The position numbers and the translations under genes were made by a program. A DNA stretch of 63,397 nucleotides, counting the filler, from Polymyxa betae A26-41 (Eukaryota > Protista > Endomyxa: Phytomyxea), in assembly GCA_003693705.1 (NCBI GenBank). It is 5 parts of 5 records of this genome, joined end to end, with 100 filler letters (N's around TTAATTAATTAA, not from the genome) between each part and the next. Parts side by side here need not be neighbours in the genome. Positions count along the whole stretch, not along the records: positions 1 to 26,450 come from RBZT01000839.1; 4 more parts are not named here. One strand, 5' to 3'. Under the pieces are notes generated by a model. The model saw nothing but the letters and a program-made list of their open reading frames with translations, did no database searches and was not told the DNA's origin. Each line of letters begins with the position of its first letter. Within the stretch, counting starts at the first letter, position 1. Shown here piece after piece: positions 1-13,562 of this stretch.

Positions 1-550
1 ATTGATATATTGTTTGATCTGAAAATAAATTTTAAGTTATAAAGAAAAATATATTTGGGTGGAAAATTTTTTTGCAATGATATTTTTAGAAATTGAAATT
101 GGAAAATGACAATCTGGGATTTTTTTTTAAATTAGGGTTTGGAGTTAGGGTTTATTACGTTATTGGGTGTTATAACGTGGATTATTGAGGTTTTTGTATG
201 GGGGATGGGGGGGAAAAAAAAGGGCCCTGAAACCAACGGACCGATGTGCTGCTGATATCGCAGGCATATCCGAGTGCTTTTTAATGTCTGCAGTACGCAG
301 TTTAATGAGTATATCCGAGCAAAACTTGATGCAGACAACAGATTTTTTGATGAGAGCGCAGTTTTTTCGATTCTTTCGGTGTTAAAGATTCGCATCTTTC
401 TGCTTTTATGATACAGTAGGCAGAATATGTACAAAACTTGATGCAGACAGCAGATTCGGTATTGGATGAGTGCGCAGGTTTTGCGATTTTTCCGTGCTGA
501 AGATTCTCCAATAAAACTGAAAAACTTTCTATTTGTCAGCCTTGTCCAAG

Positions 551-1353
551 ATGAAGCTCAGCGCTGCTATTGGCCGTCGATATCTACATCGAACCGTTGT
601 CGACCGAATGCTTCGTGTGGATCATGCCGGCGAGTATGCTGCGGTTCGCATTTACGAGGGCCAGATGGCAGTTTTAGGCAGAAATCCTGAATTTAAGAAA
701 CTGTTAACTCATATGAAAGATAACGAAGAGGTGCATCGAATTGCTTCTCTTAACGAATTTGACAACAGTTAATGACTTTCGTTTCGTTTTTTCGCTCCCT
801 ACTTTATCTGCCTGAGCTGATGTCCTGGTGCATTACAGGAGCATCTATCAGCAATTGAAGAAACCATGCCCGGTCGAAGAGTTCGTCCAAGTTTGCTTCT
901 TCCATTATGGGGTGCTGCTGGTTATGGATTAGGTTTAGCTACTGCTTTATTAGGGAAAGAAACGGCGATGGCTTGCACCGTTGCTGTTGAAGAAGTAAGC
1001 CATATTGCATTTGGATTTGATCGAAATCTGCAACTAATTTTTAGTCTGAGAATGTCCTATTTGGGATTTAGTGAAATGGTTCAGGTGATTGGATCGCATT
1101 ATAACGATCAGCTTCGTGAGATTATCGCCGATAGACACAATACAGATGACGAGCTGATGTTGATGATCAAAAAGCACCGAGACGATGAGCTCGAGCACCT
1201 AAATACAGGGATTTCTCACGATGCTGAAAAGGCTCCAGCCTATAATCTCCTCTCCAACGTTATCAAGACCGGGTGTAAAGTAAGTCGTTCCTGTTCGTAT
1301 CCTTCTGTCTAATCTTGCCATAGGCAGCGATCTGGGTATCGGAACGAATCTGA
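551..1353 (+). CDS. COQ7: Ubiquinone biosynthesis di-iron hydroxylase COQ7/CLK-1, 4 exons (551-730, 839-994, 1085-1279, 1324-1353)
   Basis: Motifs RMLRVDHAGEYAAVRIYEGQ, AMACTVAVEEVIGSHYNDQLR and RDDELEH, ending AAIWVSERI*. Three GT-AG introns splice in frame. Confidence 0.95.
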
Positions 1354-1709
1354 GCGCTCCATCCTGTAAAACCTTTATTTATTTGAAAGCCAAGTCTTAC
1401 CGCACTTGTCGATCTGTCACCATATTTGAGGATATCCAACTCTGGACAATAAAGCCACCTTTAAGCAGCAATGAAATCTACGTACACAATACAGTTTCAA
1501 CCTTTCCTTCCAGCATACGTTTACAGCGAAGTCACCCCGAATAGAATCCACATTACATGTGGCGGGGTTTATGAAAAGATGCGCCAAACTTAGACTGGGT
1601 TCTGAATGGAACAAGTCAGAAAAAGTAGGAAAATTGCAAGCAATGTCTGGAAAAAGAAATGCCGTGCCTGTAGAGTCTTGGCAATCGCCAATCGGATTTC
1701 GTCATTGTA

Positions 1710-2639
1710 ATGACGACAACGGCGCCTGATCCCGGGACCGAGGCCGGATCAGGCCCGATCCATTGGAGAGCCGATCGTGACTACAGCACCGAATGGAATT
1801 TGGAACGATTCGTCCAGCATTGGACGTCGCAGAGTGGCAGCATGCAATCGGATAGGACACCGCCCATGTGCTCTCTTTGTGGTGTCTTTATTAAGCAGGC
1901 ACCTCCTCCACAAACTGTTCAAGCTGATGGGAATTCTGATCAGGAAATGGACGATAATTTTCGCGTGAATCGTCTTGATGCTATTGTTGATGAAGGCGAT
2001 AACGATGATGACAACGAGAGAAGAGACGAAGTGGAGAACGACGACGAAGATGATGATAGGAATGTTGACGATAGCGACAGCGATGATGATGAGAGGAGCG
2101 AGGACGGCGACGACGAAAACAGGAATGAAGATGACGGAGAAAGTGACAGGGATGAAGACGACGACGACGACGGAACTGAGAACAGCGAAGACGAAGAGAG
2201 CATCGACGACAATCGTCTCACTCCAGAAGATGTTGTTCGATTCATGAATTACATGTTCCCAAGCGATTCCGATGATGATGATGACGATATCTTTGATTGG
2301 ATTGAGCGTCATATGAAGCAGATTCACGGCGCTCCAGACGACTATCAGCTGGATCAGAAAGATTTCCTGCCGCCGCGCCCCAATCCGCTTATCTACCGCT
2401 GGACGCCGGCAACAACTGCCACAACGAATCAGTCGCCGGACGACGTATTTGACGAAATCAGCGACAAATTCCCGGAGCTGAAGGTCGGCGCTGTGCCAAG
2501 GAAGACAATGTACACCTGGGTGCGAATATTGGCTCAGGGTTTAGGCAAGGAGACGCGCGGGTTGCAAGGCAATCTGGGCGAATTGTTACATATGTGCTAC
2601 GAGTTGCAATGGAGGAAAGCGAATCCATCGGCGTCATAG
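1710..2639 (+). CDS. Intronless orphan protein with a long Asp/Glu-rich tract
   Basis: 309-aa ORF with ATG start, a CxxC in the N-terminal part and a central D/E low-complexity region. No family recognised. Confidence 0.7.
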   Translation: MTTTAPDPGTEAGSGPIHWRADRDYSTEWNLERFVQHWTSQSGSMQSDRTPPMCSLCGVFIKQAPPPQTVQADGNSDQEMDDNFRVNRLDAIVDEGDNDDDNERRDEVENDDEDDDRNVDDSDSDDDERSEDGDDENRNEDDGESDRDEDDDDDGTENSEDEESIDDNRLTPEDVVRFMNYMFPSDSDDDDDDIFDWIERHMKQIHGAPDDYQLDQKDFLPPRPNPLIYRWTPATTATTNQSPDDVFDEISDKFPELKVGAVPRKTMYTWVRILAQGLGKETRGLQGNLGELLHMCYELQWRKANPSAS

Positions 2640-3032
2640 ACTACAAAGGAGATGTTTCACATTCCTATGAATGATGGGATATCTGTCCCCAATGCGTGTC
2701 GTGGTATAACTCATAGTAAACTATTGTTTTCGCATTGTCTCGGGCTTGTTAGACTGTTGAATGGTTCGTTTTCTTAATCGCTGTATTACAAAATCCGTCC
2801 AAATCAGTTCGTTTTCCTGTTGCAGAGTATCTTGTTGAAGTGAAATAACGAAAGCCGAGCGATTGGAGCCGGTATTTCCATAATACCTATATAAAATGTT
2901 CGTGGAGATTGGATACTGTTGGGCAGCCAGCTTTCATCACAGAGTGCGTCGATCTCCGATGAACCTCTCGAAGGTTAGTGTTTTCCATCCGATCTCGTCC
3001 ATTCGCTGCGTTCTGGTTGGACGTAATCGATT

Positions 3033-4199
3033 ATGACGTTTGTTTCCCTTTCCGACGATGTCATCGCCATTATCTTGAGGTCCCTTCATCCAGTTACGCA
3101 CGTCATTGTCGATCGAGTCTCACACCGGTTCAGCAAGCTTGTACGGAAGGTGCTGTATGGCAGCTGCCCGATGGCGCTGCAATTTCCGCAACGTTGCTTC
3201 TCGCAGACGTTGTCCGGATGGCATCGGACTACCGTCGATAACACCATACCATCAAATGCCAGGATGATGGCTATATTCCCAGATCCACGATGCCCCGATC
3301 TCGAGTTCTTTGAACTAGGCAACCTTCGGTTCATTGTCAGCGATAATATCGTAATGCTAAACGATCGCTGGGAGCCAATACGGACCCTGCCAATTGACAA
3401 GAATTGGCGCCTTCTCAACAATACTTTCGATCCAGGCCCCGATTTTTGTTTTGCCGGCTCCGATTTTGTCGTCTTGGTCAGGTCGCCAGAACTGCACATC
3501 AGATACATCAGTCCATTCCCGAACGCCAACCATGTTCTCTCGTATGACAACGGCAAGATTGTGTATTGTTCGGCCGCCGAGTTGGGTTTGTATATTGTTC
3601 GTGGGCAGCAATATGAGCTGGCTTGGTCACAGCCATGCTCCGATCCATCCTCATCAACAATCACGATAACGTCTGGTCGTGTTCTCCAGTATAACTCAGG
3701 AGCTTATAGCCTTTACGATGCCGAAGACGGGAGGCTTCTATGGAAGCAGAATCTGATTCATCCAACAGGATCGACGTTGGCCATGCTGGATTATGAAGGA
3801 CGTATTATCGCCTATGAAGGATGGCAGCGAATGTCTTGCTATGATCCGAACACCGGGCAATGTGTCGTGCGTCAAAGCCCAACCTTTGAATTAAAAAAAG
3901 ATCGGCGATACGAATGGGCAGGGCGGCCGATCGTGCTGGGCGCCAACATGATTGTTTCAAGACTTTATACATTCGGGCGTGGATCTCATCTGCAGCTCCT
4001 CTTGATCGACCTTCTTGTTGGTGAACAAATGATTGTAGATACAGAGCCTGGTGACGCCATTGGAGAATTATTCGTTGTCTATAGGAATGGGCCATTGCAA
4101 CCAGCACGCATGGCAAGTGTGTCTGTAAAATGGGATGATGATAGCACGAAACTTCCAGGTTCTTCTTATTCTAAGGCTAAACCTCTCTGTAGAGCCTAA
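3033..4199 (+). CDS. F-box-like protein with probable beta-propeller C-terminus
   Basis: N-terminus FVSLSDDVIAIILRSL..VDRVSHRFSKL fits the F-box pattern. LYDAEDGRLLWK and CYDPNTGQCV resemble PQQ/WD blade ends. Confidence 0.65.
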   Translation: MTFVSLSDDVIAIILRSLHPVTHVIVDRVSHRFSKLVRKVLYGSCPMALQFPQRCFSQTLSGWHRTTVDNTIPSNARMMAIFPDPRCPDLEFFELGNLRFIVSDNIVMLNDRWEPIRTLPIDKNWRLLNNTFDPGPDFCFAGSDFVVLVRSPELHIRYISPFPNANHVLSYDNGKIVYCSAAELGLYIVRGQQYELAWSQPCSDPSSSTITITSGRVLQYNSGAYSLYDAEDGRLLWKQNLIHPTGSTLAMLDYEGRIIAYEGWQRMSCYDPNTGQCVVRQSPTFELKKDRRYEWAGRPIVLGANMIVSRLYTFGRGSHLQLLLIDLLVGEQMIVDTEPGDAIGELFVVYRNGPLQPARMASVSVKWDDDSTKLPGSSYSKAKPLCRA

Positions 4200-4516
4200 C
4201 AATATGCTGGTCTTAAAAATGCCAGAAAATGGATGTGCTGATCGTCGTTGCTGACGTGATTGTATTTTGACATTCAGTTGAATTAAAAGTCTCTCTGAAA
4301 TTCTATTCTGAAATCTCAACTTTCGGCACAGTCAAAACCGTTGATAGCACATCTCACCATCTAAATAGCAGCTGACATTATCATTTTAGAACAGTACTAA
4401 ACCCTTTGCTTCTAATTCAAATCCGTGAGCACATCGATTCTTATGAAACAGTCTTGAAACTAACCGCTTTCATTCAGTTGCTTTACAGATGGTTCCGAGC
4501 CTGGCCGACGATGTGA

Positions 4517-7500
4517 TCAACCAGTGACAATAACAGACCCGTCATGTCTCCCAGCAACAAAGATGCCCGAATCGCTAAGTATTCCAACGGCGGTCAGATG
4601 CGAACGTGAACGATGGCCAGATAGTGCCACACGCTGCAGCTCCTGGCTCCCGCGTGTTTCAAGCGCACCGATCTTAGCCAAGCCGACTTTGGATCCTGCG
4701 CCGCAGACAATCTCGCTTCCATGAATGGCAATCGACGAAACTTGCACTCCGTTTGCAAGAATGCGCTGATTGAGGCGAGGCGGAATGATACAATGCCCGG
4801 ATTCAACGAGCTCCCAGATGTTGATACCCCCATGCTCGCAACTGGAGATCAACACGTTGTCGTTGAAAAACAACAGCTCCAATATCGAATCATCACCCCC
4901 TTTCCATGAATGCAGTATTGAACCTGAACTTGCAATCGCATTGGTGAAGGTTTGCTAAGAAACACAGTACGAACCCATGCGAATATCGACGACGACGATC
5001 TGGCCGGACGATAAACCGCAGCCGACCTTGAGCCCACTGGAATCTGCACAAATTCGTCTAACAACATCCAAACTCGAACTTCCACTACAGAGCAAATTAG
5101 CTTTCGTCGGAGACCATACAAATTTGATTAATAATGATTCCTAAATGCTGGAACCCCTCTAAATCGAAAAAATCATGACTTGGACCACGATCCATCCCAA
5201 AACAAATCAACAACTAATATATGACAAAGAAATTAGCAAACTTCAAAGTCTGAAGAAAGAAGCTCATAAAGCACAAATAGCTAGCATACCGTTGCTGATC
5301 GCGAAGATTCCAACGAAGAATAGGACGATCTGAGCGAAAGTCCAGCATTTGTAATGATGCGCGATTGTCGCCGCCGAGCAGGAAACTGTTGGCAACATTC
5401 GATTGTTCATGATTAAGAATGGAAGAAAACCACGCCGTCTCATGCACTGAGTCGAATTTTTTGGAGCAGACAGACGAACTGGAACCAATGTCCCAAAGCA
5501 TCACACTGGATCCAGCACATGTCGCAATTCGCTCAGCTCCGTTTGCCCTAAGCAAACAAGGAAACCGTTATAACAGAAAGCATTGTTTTTGGTTAAAATA
5601 GGCTTCAATCAGGTCAGATATGGAAAGCGGCGAAACCCATTGAAACATTTGGCGCATGAGAACCGAGTTGAAAATAATTTTGAATTTCATATACCATGTG
5701 AAATCAACCAAAGCGCAATCTGCTGCCAAGCAGACAGTAGAGTTTTGTAAAAGCGTATGTGACCAAATCTGTGCCCTATCTTTAGACAAAGTTGCGAACC
5801 TAAATCCTTTCAGGGGACCAATTTTTTGATAAAAAACCATCTGAGAAACCTGCCGAGCCATGGGTGAATGGCCAATTGAACCACCGATGACGTATGCTCT
5901 GAAGAATTTGCGTATTTGATTGTCGGCTTCAGCGTCCTAAAAAGCAAAGCAATCATGTAAGCTTTAAACTCGATCACGAAGAAATCGAGGCTGGAATGCA
6001 AAGAGAGCATCATTTGATAAATCAGCCAATCACATACCAGACTCCAGACTTATCGTAGAAATCCCAGGCCGCCAGAATTGGTATATCACGGTCATCACCC
6101 AACGAGCTCTTTTCGGTCTCAATTGAGCCTAAAATCGTTTTAGCGAAAAGTTGAGATGGTGAACAGCAACGAACCGAAGCAATCGTATGAGATCGATTGT
6201 GGGTCTTTCTGATCAAATACACGCCGCTGCTTTAGGAGACCATAAAGGGGAAGAGGTAAGACCATATCCAAAGAAGTAGGTTCAATGCACCGCTGTAGCG
6301 AATCGCAAGCCAAACCCAAAACAACGTCGGTGCGTTCGTCTTCGTTGTTGGCCAAATGATGGATGATGGAAATGAGTGCCCTGCCCATTGACAAGAGTAA
6401 TTCCTGCTGTGAGATCAGTGGAATAACCTAATTGACATAAACTTAGTTGGGAATGCTAAACGCCCAATCTTTGGAATAACCATTTGGACAATGTGAAGTA
6501 GACGGGCAATGCTGCGTTGATCTTTGAGAATTTCACTGCGAGTCAGCAAGTACAAAATCATGGGCATCTTTTCGTCAAGCTGACCTCGAACACCATACTG
6601 TGCGAATAATGCTCGAGTTAAAGCTGCAGAAAGGTACGGAAGCATTTCACTGAGCAGATGCAAACCTAAAACACTATTATAGAGCATCCTATATAAAAAA
6701 AGCGGCGAAAACGTTTCTGAAGTCAATAAAGCTTCAACGATGACGGGATCGCATACCGATTGAGATACGAGCTTTTGACATGAGGAGAGGTCGAACGATT
6801 AAAATGATGAGCTCCGGTCCGTTTCTAGCCAGACGAGCAATTGCAGAAAGTGCTGCCATTGAAGTGGGCTGAGATAGGCGTGAAGCCAGAGGCAGGACGA
6901 TCCCTCGAAGCGCCGTATCGTTATCCAATGAATCAGCCAGTAAGGCGATGGCATCAGCGTCGCTCGATCCACACACAAAAGGCAAGTATTTACGCACAAG
7001 CCATGACCTAACATGAAGGACTCAATGAAACTTTAGAGAGAAATAATCTTATAGAGAGTTAATGTGCCTATAAAGGATGTTGTTCGAGTGAAACAGCCGA
7101 AAAACAACAGAAACGAACAGAGCTACAATGGAAATAATCGCCGAAACAAATGCAAACGTACCGGCCCAGATTGTGGTCCATCGTTTTCATAAACAGCGGT
7201 GAAAGAAGACCAGGTATTGTCGACCGTTTATCTAACAAACGATCGACAAACAATTCAAGGGCTCCAGGAGCCAGGCCCGGTCCTAGCCGAGTCGCCAGTT
7301 GTTCTAGCAATCGGCAGGACGGCGACAATTTTAGACACATCGGCACTGTGTAAAAGTTGTTAAAAAACGTCTTCAGAACATGATGGAAACTCACCAAGTA
7401 ACAGGTAAAGCGAGGGTTCAAGCCGCATCAACGCCGGCGTCTGCAAAGAAGAAATCGCATAATCAAGAGGGGAGCTTGACAGTTCAAGTTCGGATAAGAA

Positions 7501-10350
7501 TCGGTACAGTGTGTGCATCCCTAGACAGACAATTGAGACGGTATTTTCAGATCTGAAGATGACGTTTTTCCACCTGCCGGAAACACCTGCGAATTGATGA
7601 TATCAGAAGCAGAAAACGGGTTGGGTCCGGTTAGCGATTCCAAAACGATGCGCAACGGTGGTGAGAGTAAACGCAGGCGACTATGGGCATCGTTAAACGT
7701 AGCTTGGAACAAAGCGTGTGGAGAATCCATGGCAATCTGATAGAGTGTACAGCCCACCGTAAAAAGATCTGACCGAAAAGGGCACAGAATCTCCCTAAAA
7801 TACTATTTGGCATTATGACACAACGAGAATATAATCAATCTTACGGGTTACTGTAGACACCATGTAAAGGCTCGAATTGCGATTTCGAGAATCTAATGAC
7901 TTCGGCGATTTCGGTTGGTGTTCTAAATAATCGTGGTGGATGCGGAGTCGTAAAGAGGCAATGAAACCCGCCAGTCGATAATAGTGGAACTAGAAACCAT
8001 ATTAGACAGTAACAATACAAAACAATTGATAGTGCCAAAGGGATTAGAACAAAATAGATGACAGATTTAAACAAGTAAAGAGAGACCACAATCTGCAAGT
8101 TTGTTTGACAGAACAAAATTGATACCGTTCTTGGCTTTGATAGCCGCATCGCCATTGAGCTCGAAACCGAACGTAATGTCAATCCAGCGATGTAGATGGG
8201 CGGAGACTTCTGGGCTTTCTAGCAGCGCCGAATGCCATTGAATAAAATCATCTGGCGTATTACACCAAGATGGTATCTCCAGTGATTTCAACCCAATATC
8301 CTTGACATTAATAAATAAAGCGAATTTCAATCACTAGTGTTGCATTAAGAATTGCAAAACATCCACAATCAACTATTCACAAGCCTAGGCAAGAAGTTTC
8401 CGCAAAAACTCAGATCACTAGCTCAGATTTTCAGAAAAAAAAAGACACCAAATAGTTTGAATGTTGTCAGAAGCCGGTCGAACGAGCAACGACCTTAATT
8501 CTAAATAAAAAATGAAAATTTAATAGTCCCTAGAAGAGAGCAATGAGCCAACTCGACGCCTTACAGTATGGAGGGATTCGAAGATGCTGGGGTCGGTGAA
8601 GAATTCAGGGATACATTCATCAGGGGTCCAGTGATATAGCTGAGCGATCGATTTCGGATATTCGTTGGGCTCGAAATTAACCCGCACCACCGCCCTCAGC
8701 TGGGCAACAGGTGTCCTTCTGAGCGCAATCAGTGACTAGCAAGCAATCTCCGCTGCAACCGAACCTGGACCGATAAACGCAAAGTGTCAGATCAGACAGC
8801 ATCTCTGGAATGTGGTGCGGTTGCTGCGAGGTGATCGCATGATTATATTGGAAATCGAGTTGTTCATCGCCTGCATAATTGTCTCAGTGAGGTGTTCAGT
8901 GGGTTCGAACTCACAGTGACCCTTCTTCAGTCTGTATTTACTCTGCGATACCAGTCAGGCAACCGAGAGATCCGTCCAAATCGTCTCTGAGTTTACCTTG
9001 GTAAGGTCCCGAATCGGCGCATGATGATGGCGGAAATCATGGACCCAGGGTAGGATCGGATGGCAGAAGGGGTTAGAGACAGCACGGCCGGAAAGCCAGT
9101 TTAGATGCATCAAATACGCGAAATTGCTTAAATGACCCGACGCCCAGTCCTCAACAATCCAGTCAATATTACTCGGAGAGCTGTTTGGAAAGTTCACCAG
9201 AAAAATCAAATCCGAGACGATTCTACTGACGTGGCTGCAAAACTAGTTGTATCGCCTTGATCAGACGATTCCCAGATTTGCAAGTGACTGAGGCTGAGCC
9301 AATCGGAATCGGGGTCAAATGAAAACCGGTCTGGGCGCAGGCAGCCGTGGACAACCTTTATGCCAAATGGGTGGTTTGATCGCTCAGAGCAGATGATATT
9401 ACGCCTTGCTGGTGGAGGAAATCGACAACTTGCATCGCTTGAAAGAATCGAAACAGCATGCGGAATTCGTTGTCATCTTTAGCCTGACTTCGATCAGGAC
9501 CATGCTAAGTAACGGAGTAATACGACACGTTTGCAAGGGTAGGCTGACGTAATTGAAGTTGTAAAGTGAAAGGCGTAGACGCGAAAATCAGCAGGATCGA
9601 TGCGGAGGATTCAATAGCATTGATGAGAACAGGAAGGCCGGCGTGGCGACGCCGAAATCGCGACGACGCATTCGGCTGGGATCGTGGTGATTTTCTGGGA
9701 AGAGTTTCTTCTGAGATGAGAAGGTCGGGCTGACCGTATTTCAGAATATAATCAGATAGCAAACATAGGCCTTACGTACGAATCGTTCGTATCCTTTTCA
9801 TAGAGGCGTTCAATAAACTCCTTCACTAAGTCCTAAAGGAAACAACTTCACTTGAATCCGTAGCAATACAGCTCCAGCGTTGGATTACAAACGCCGAAAA
9901 ATAGCTGATTAATTCCATGTAAACGAAAACGTATATGTTAAGAAGGAAATTCATAGAATTAATGGCTGAATTGTAAGTGTCTTGTAATACCATAACATCC
10001 TGTGGTGAGTCCGCTTCCATGACGCCCCGCTGGCTCCAACTACTGTTTCTATAGACAGGCATCGGCTCGATCAAAGATTCAATCGACGGAAACAGAAGCT
10101 CTGAAAGATGCCAAGATCCAGCAGATTCGCCATCTTGAGCTCGCTCAAACAAACGGAGCCTTGAAGAAAACTTCAAACTCGTAGTTTACTAAAAAAAAGT
10201 GGGACTAACTTGATGCTTGGTGCAAGTGGAATGACACAGATTCGAACGAAGTTGCCAACCGCAGCACCAATGTCAGGCGAGTCGTCTCCAATCTACAGTC
10301 AACATCAAACAGTTCCCAAGCCTAACTGGACGACGTTTCAACTACCATGG
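4517..10350 (-). CDS. Multi-exon BEACH-domain/WD40 protein, WDR81-like (start approximate)
   Basis: BEACH motifs [28 protein letters not shown] and [32 protein letters not shown]40-like exons at 4517-6000. Confidence 0.85.
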
Positions 10351-11303
10351 CATCATGGTAGTGAGGTCTACCGGTGCCTATTTCTGAGCACTGGTACTTA
10401 ACCCAAGGGCAGCATTCAACATTGCCATTCTGACAACAGTCGCTGCTAATCATCACTATGTCATGCTCTATGCCACATTAGACATGTATGATATCAATGC
10501 GCAACCTTCACGTGTTATGACGATGTGATTAACAGACTTCACAATCAGATTTCTTCGAAGCAATCATGCAGATAGGAAACAATTGTAAACAAGTTTGTTT
10601 TCTTTAACATTCAGAAGCCCTCCTAGCTTCATGAGCACTATTGGCTACCGAGTTGCAGCAATTGGACTGTAGTTCAACTTCAAACAACTAACTTAGTACA
10701 GCCGGGAGCGGGACCTGCCTCTCTGCCAAAGCTTAGATTGGGAATTTTCAATTCCCAACCGGGACATCATCCACCTCTAGCCTAGTCTATACCGAACCAT
10801 CACAGCAATTAGATTCAAACGCATTCTTGTTTAACTGCAACGTATGGCAAGCCCGCATCAGCAAGGACATTCAACTGTTTAATGGAATCTACGGTACCCG
10901 TCCATATAATCTAAAATGAAACATATTGTGTGTGTTGCAATATAAGCATTGTTGCATTCCAGGAGATCAGTTTGTTATTCAGATATAGATAGTTTCGTCC
11001 GCTCTTTAACTGAAACAGCAATATCGTCTCACGAAACTTAACGACTGCAATGAGGATGAGCTCGTGCAAGTCAACATGGCTGCCTTATAATTATGGTCTC
11101 ATTGCTCAAGAATCAAGTCCCAGGCAGGACTGTAGTAGGGTTGCGCTCTGCCTTTAAATCGATTCTGGCGCCAGTTTAAAACAGCGCGAAGGCTACGCAA
11201 ATTTTTGAAGGCCGGATCCGTTTGACTGGGAGGCTGCGACCGACCCGGTCGATCTCTTTATTCGAAGACCAGAATCGCGATCTGCCGAGAAGCGAAACGG
11301 CGC

Positions 11304-13221
11304 ATGAGCGATTGCGAAAGCGATGCGCAGGCGTCAGCCGAGGCCCCGCTTCCTAGTGTAGTTGGCTCGCCAGCTCATGGGTTCTGGACGCTGCTGAAGC
11401 ATCGTCATCTGGGAAGCGGTCATTTTGGAGATGTCTACGAAGGTGAAGCGGTGAACAAGCTAAAAGTGGCGGATAAAGCCAGATTGGTAGCCATTAAGGT
11501 ATCTAAGACCCGGATCTCTTCGAAAGAAATCCTGGCTTTGAAATCTATGAGTACTGATAATCAGTATCTTGATCTATACTTTCGCTAATCATATTTTAGG
11601 GGGGAATGGGGCTCCAGAGCTTTTCTACAACGGAGTCACTTCTAATGGCTGGCATATATTAGTAATGGAGCGATGTGGGAAGTCCCTCTATAGTGTTATC
11701 GAGCAAAGATCGAAAGGCAAAAATCAGCCTTGGACTCTTTCAGTTCCTGAGGCTCGTGAGATATCTATGCAAGCCCTTGCCCTGATTGAAAATCTCCATA
11801 ATACCGGCTATGTTCATGCTGATATTAAGCCTGCCAATTTTGTCTGTTCATCGAACTCTTCTGATCTTACAAAAGGCATCCGTCTAGTCGATTTCGGGCT
11901 TTCTAGGCCTTGGAAAACCACCTCTGGGAAACATGTTGACTATTGGCAACATCTCACGCATTTTGCTGGCTCGCTACGATATGCTTCGCTGCATGCTCAC
12001 CTCGGTCGGGGCCTCACCCGAAGAGACGATCTCGAGTCGCTCGGCTATATGATGCTTTATTTGATTAAGGGGTCTTTGCCGTGGCAAGGATTTAGAGGTG
12101 AAAGCAAGGGCAAGCTAATATGTTTGGCAAAGGGTGCTGTTTCGGTTGCGGAATTATGTCGTGGCGCTCCAGAAGGCCTAATGTTTTTCATGAGCAACGT
12201 TCGATGTATCGGTTACAACGAGAAGCCAGACTACGACTATCTCAGCAAATGTCTCAACTTTGACCGTGTCGACATTCGTCAAATTTCTTTGAATCCATCT
12301 GAAGATGCTGCTGATGTTGCTCCGGTGCCAGTTGGCAAGAATGATACCCTGTTATTGGGAAAGAATGGCAACAAACGTGGCGAGCGACCGGGCGCTGATG
12401 ACGAGCCAACTCCTGTCGTTAAGAAGCATCGGACCTTGCCTACCAACCGGAAAGTGCATCAATGGATTATCGTTTCAACTCAGCATGAGACTGCTGCACC
12501 TCCTCAACAAATGCTTACTATTAGCGAGGTCCAAAGTCTTGAAAAGACAATTGCCCTTGCTTCAAGACCTGGCCGAACAGGGCCGAGAAATGTTCGCTGG
12601 AGAATCGCCGCCATGTGCTTTGCTGAAAACGTCTACAAAGTTGTTCTCACCCAAGATGCCCAAGGCGCCCAGATCAAGGAGCAAAAGCTGTATCGTGTCT
12701 CAACCGATGCTGAATTTTTAGATACTGTGGAGAAGCTCTCGATGCAGGGCAAATCCATTACTCATGTATGTGGTCATCCCCATGGCTGGATTCTTGTCGG
12801 CTCTGCATTCAAACAAGAGAAGTACAGCAACCAAATGTTTGCTCTTTCGGAAACGTTCCCTGCCCAGTGGGTTGCTGACAACTGGGAGAACGGTTACTAC
12901 ATTACTGCCGTTGGTGCTAAGACCACGAAATGGTCTGTTGTCATGAGTCGTGGTGAAGGGGTCGAGTATGAAGCACAAACCGTCGAGCTTAGCTTTTGTT
13001 ATCCGAGCGAATCGATCAGAGCTCGCTGGCGCGAAGGCTATTCTATTACTTCTTCGGCATGTACCGTCGAACAATCGGCCTATGTCTTATCTCGGATAAC
13101 GGATTATGAAGAAATCGTGCAGAGGTGCACGAGGACGTCGCACGATCCCCTTCTGAAACTACAACAAGAAAATGACCAGCAATTTTCGATTGACGCTTTG
13201 ACCTTCGGCCGGGTCGAGTAA
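11304..13221 (+). CDS. Casein kinase 1-like kinase of the MUT9/MLK (EL1/HD16/PPK) type, intron 11551-11599
   Basis: LGSGHFGDVY, VAIK, HADIKPANF, DFGL and RYASLHAHLGRGLTRRDDLESLGY. C-terminal domain FPAQWVADNWENGYYIT..WSVVMSR..VELSFCYPSESIRARWREGYSIT..FGRVE parallels plant MLK C-termini. A phase-1 intron joins the two ORFs. Confidence 0.9.
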
Positions 13222-13562
13222 TCTTGCAATACGCGGCATATCAATGTTCTCAACATATACCCATATTATTTAGCCATTTTCACACCATAATAATATTTTG
13301 ATTCCATCGTCCGTCTCTATCTCTACCGTAGTCTTTTTAAACGTATTAGATAGGAAGCTTTTGAATCATAAACAGTATAGATGTGCCGCATCGGGGAACT
13401 TCACCTTTATGGATATCTTTCCCCTTTGTGAAGTCGCACTGCGAGCATCTCAATTTAGTGGGCGACTTGTAATGGCTGCGCCGCTCCTGTTGATGGCGAT
13501 GCCTTCCCAGAGTTGAATGACTTCAATCGAGAAATTCCATTGTCCATTCATTGCTCTCAGCG

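Noticed and set aside
1749-2327. Alternative-frame ORFs rich in Ser, Thr or Val/Ile
   Set aside because: Shadows of the GAC/GAT-rich acidic gene.
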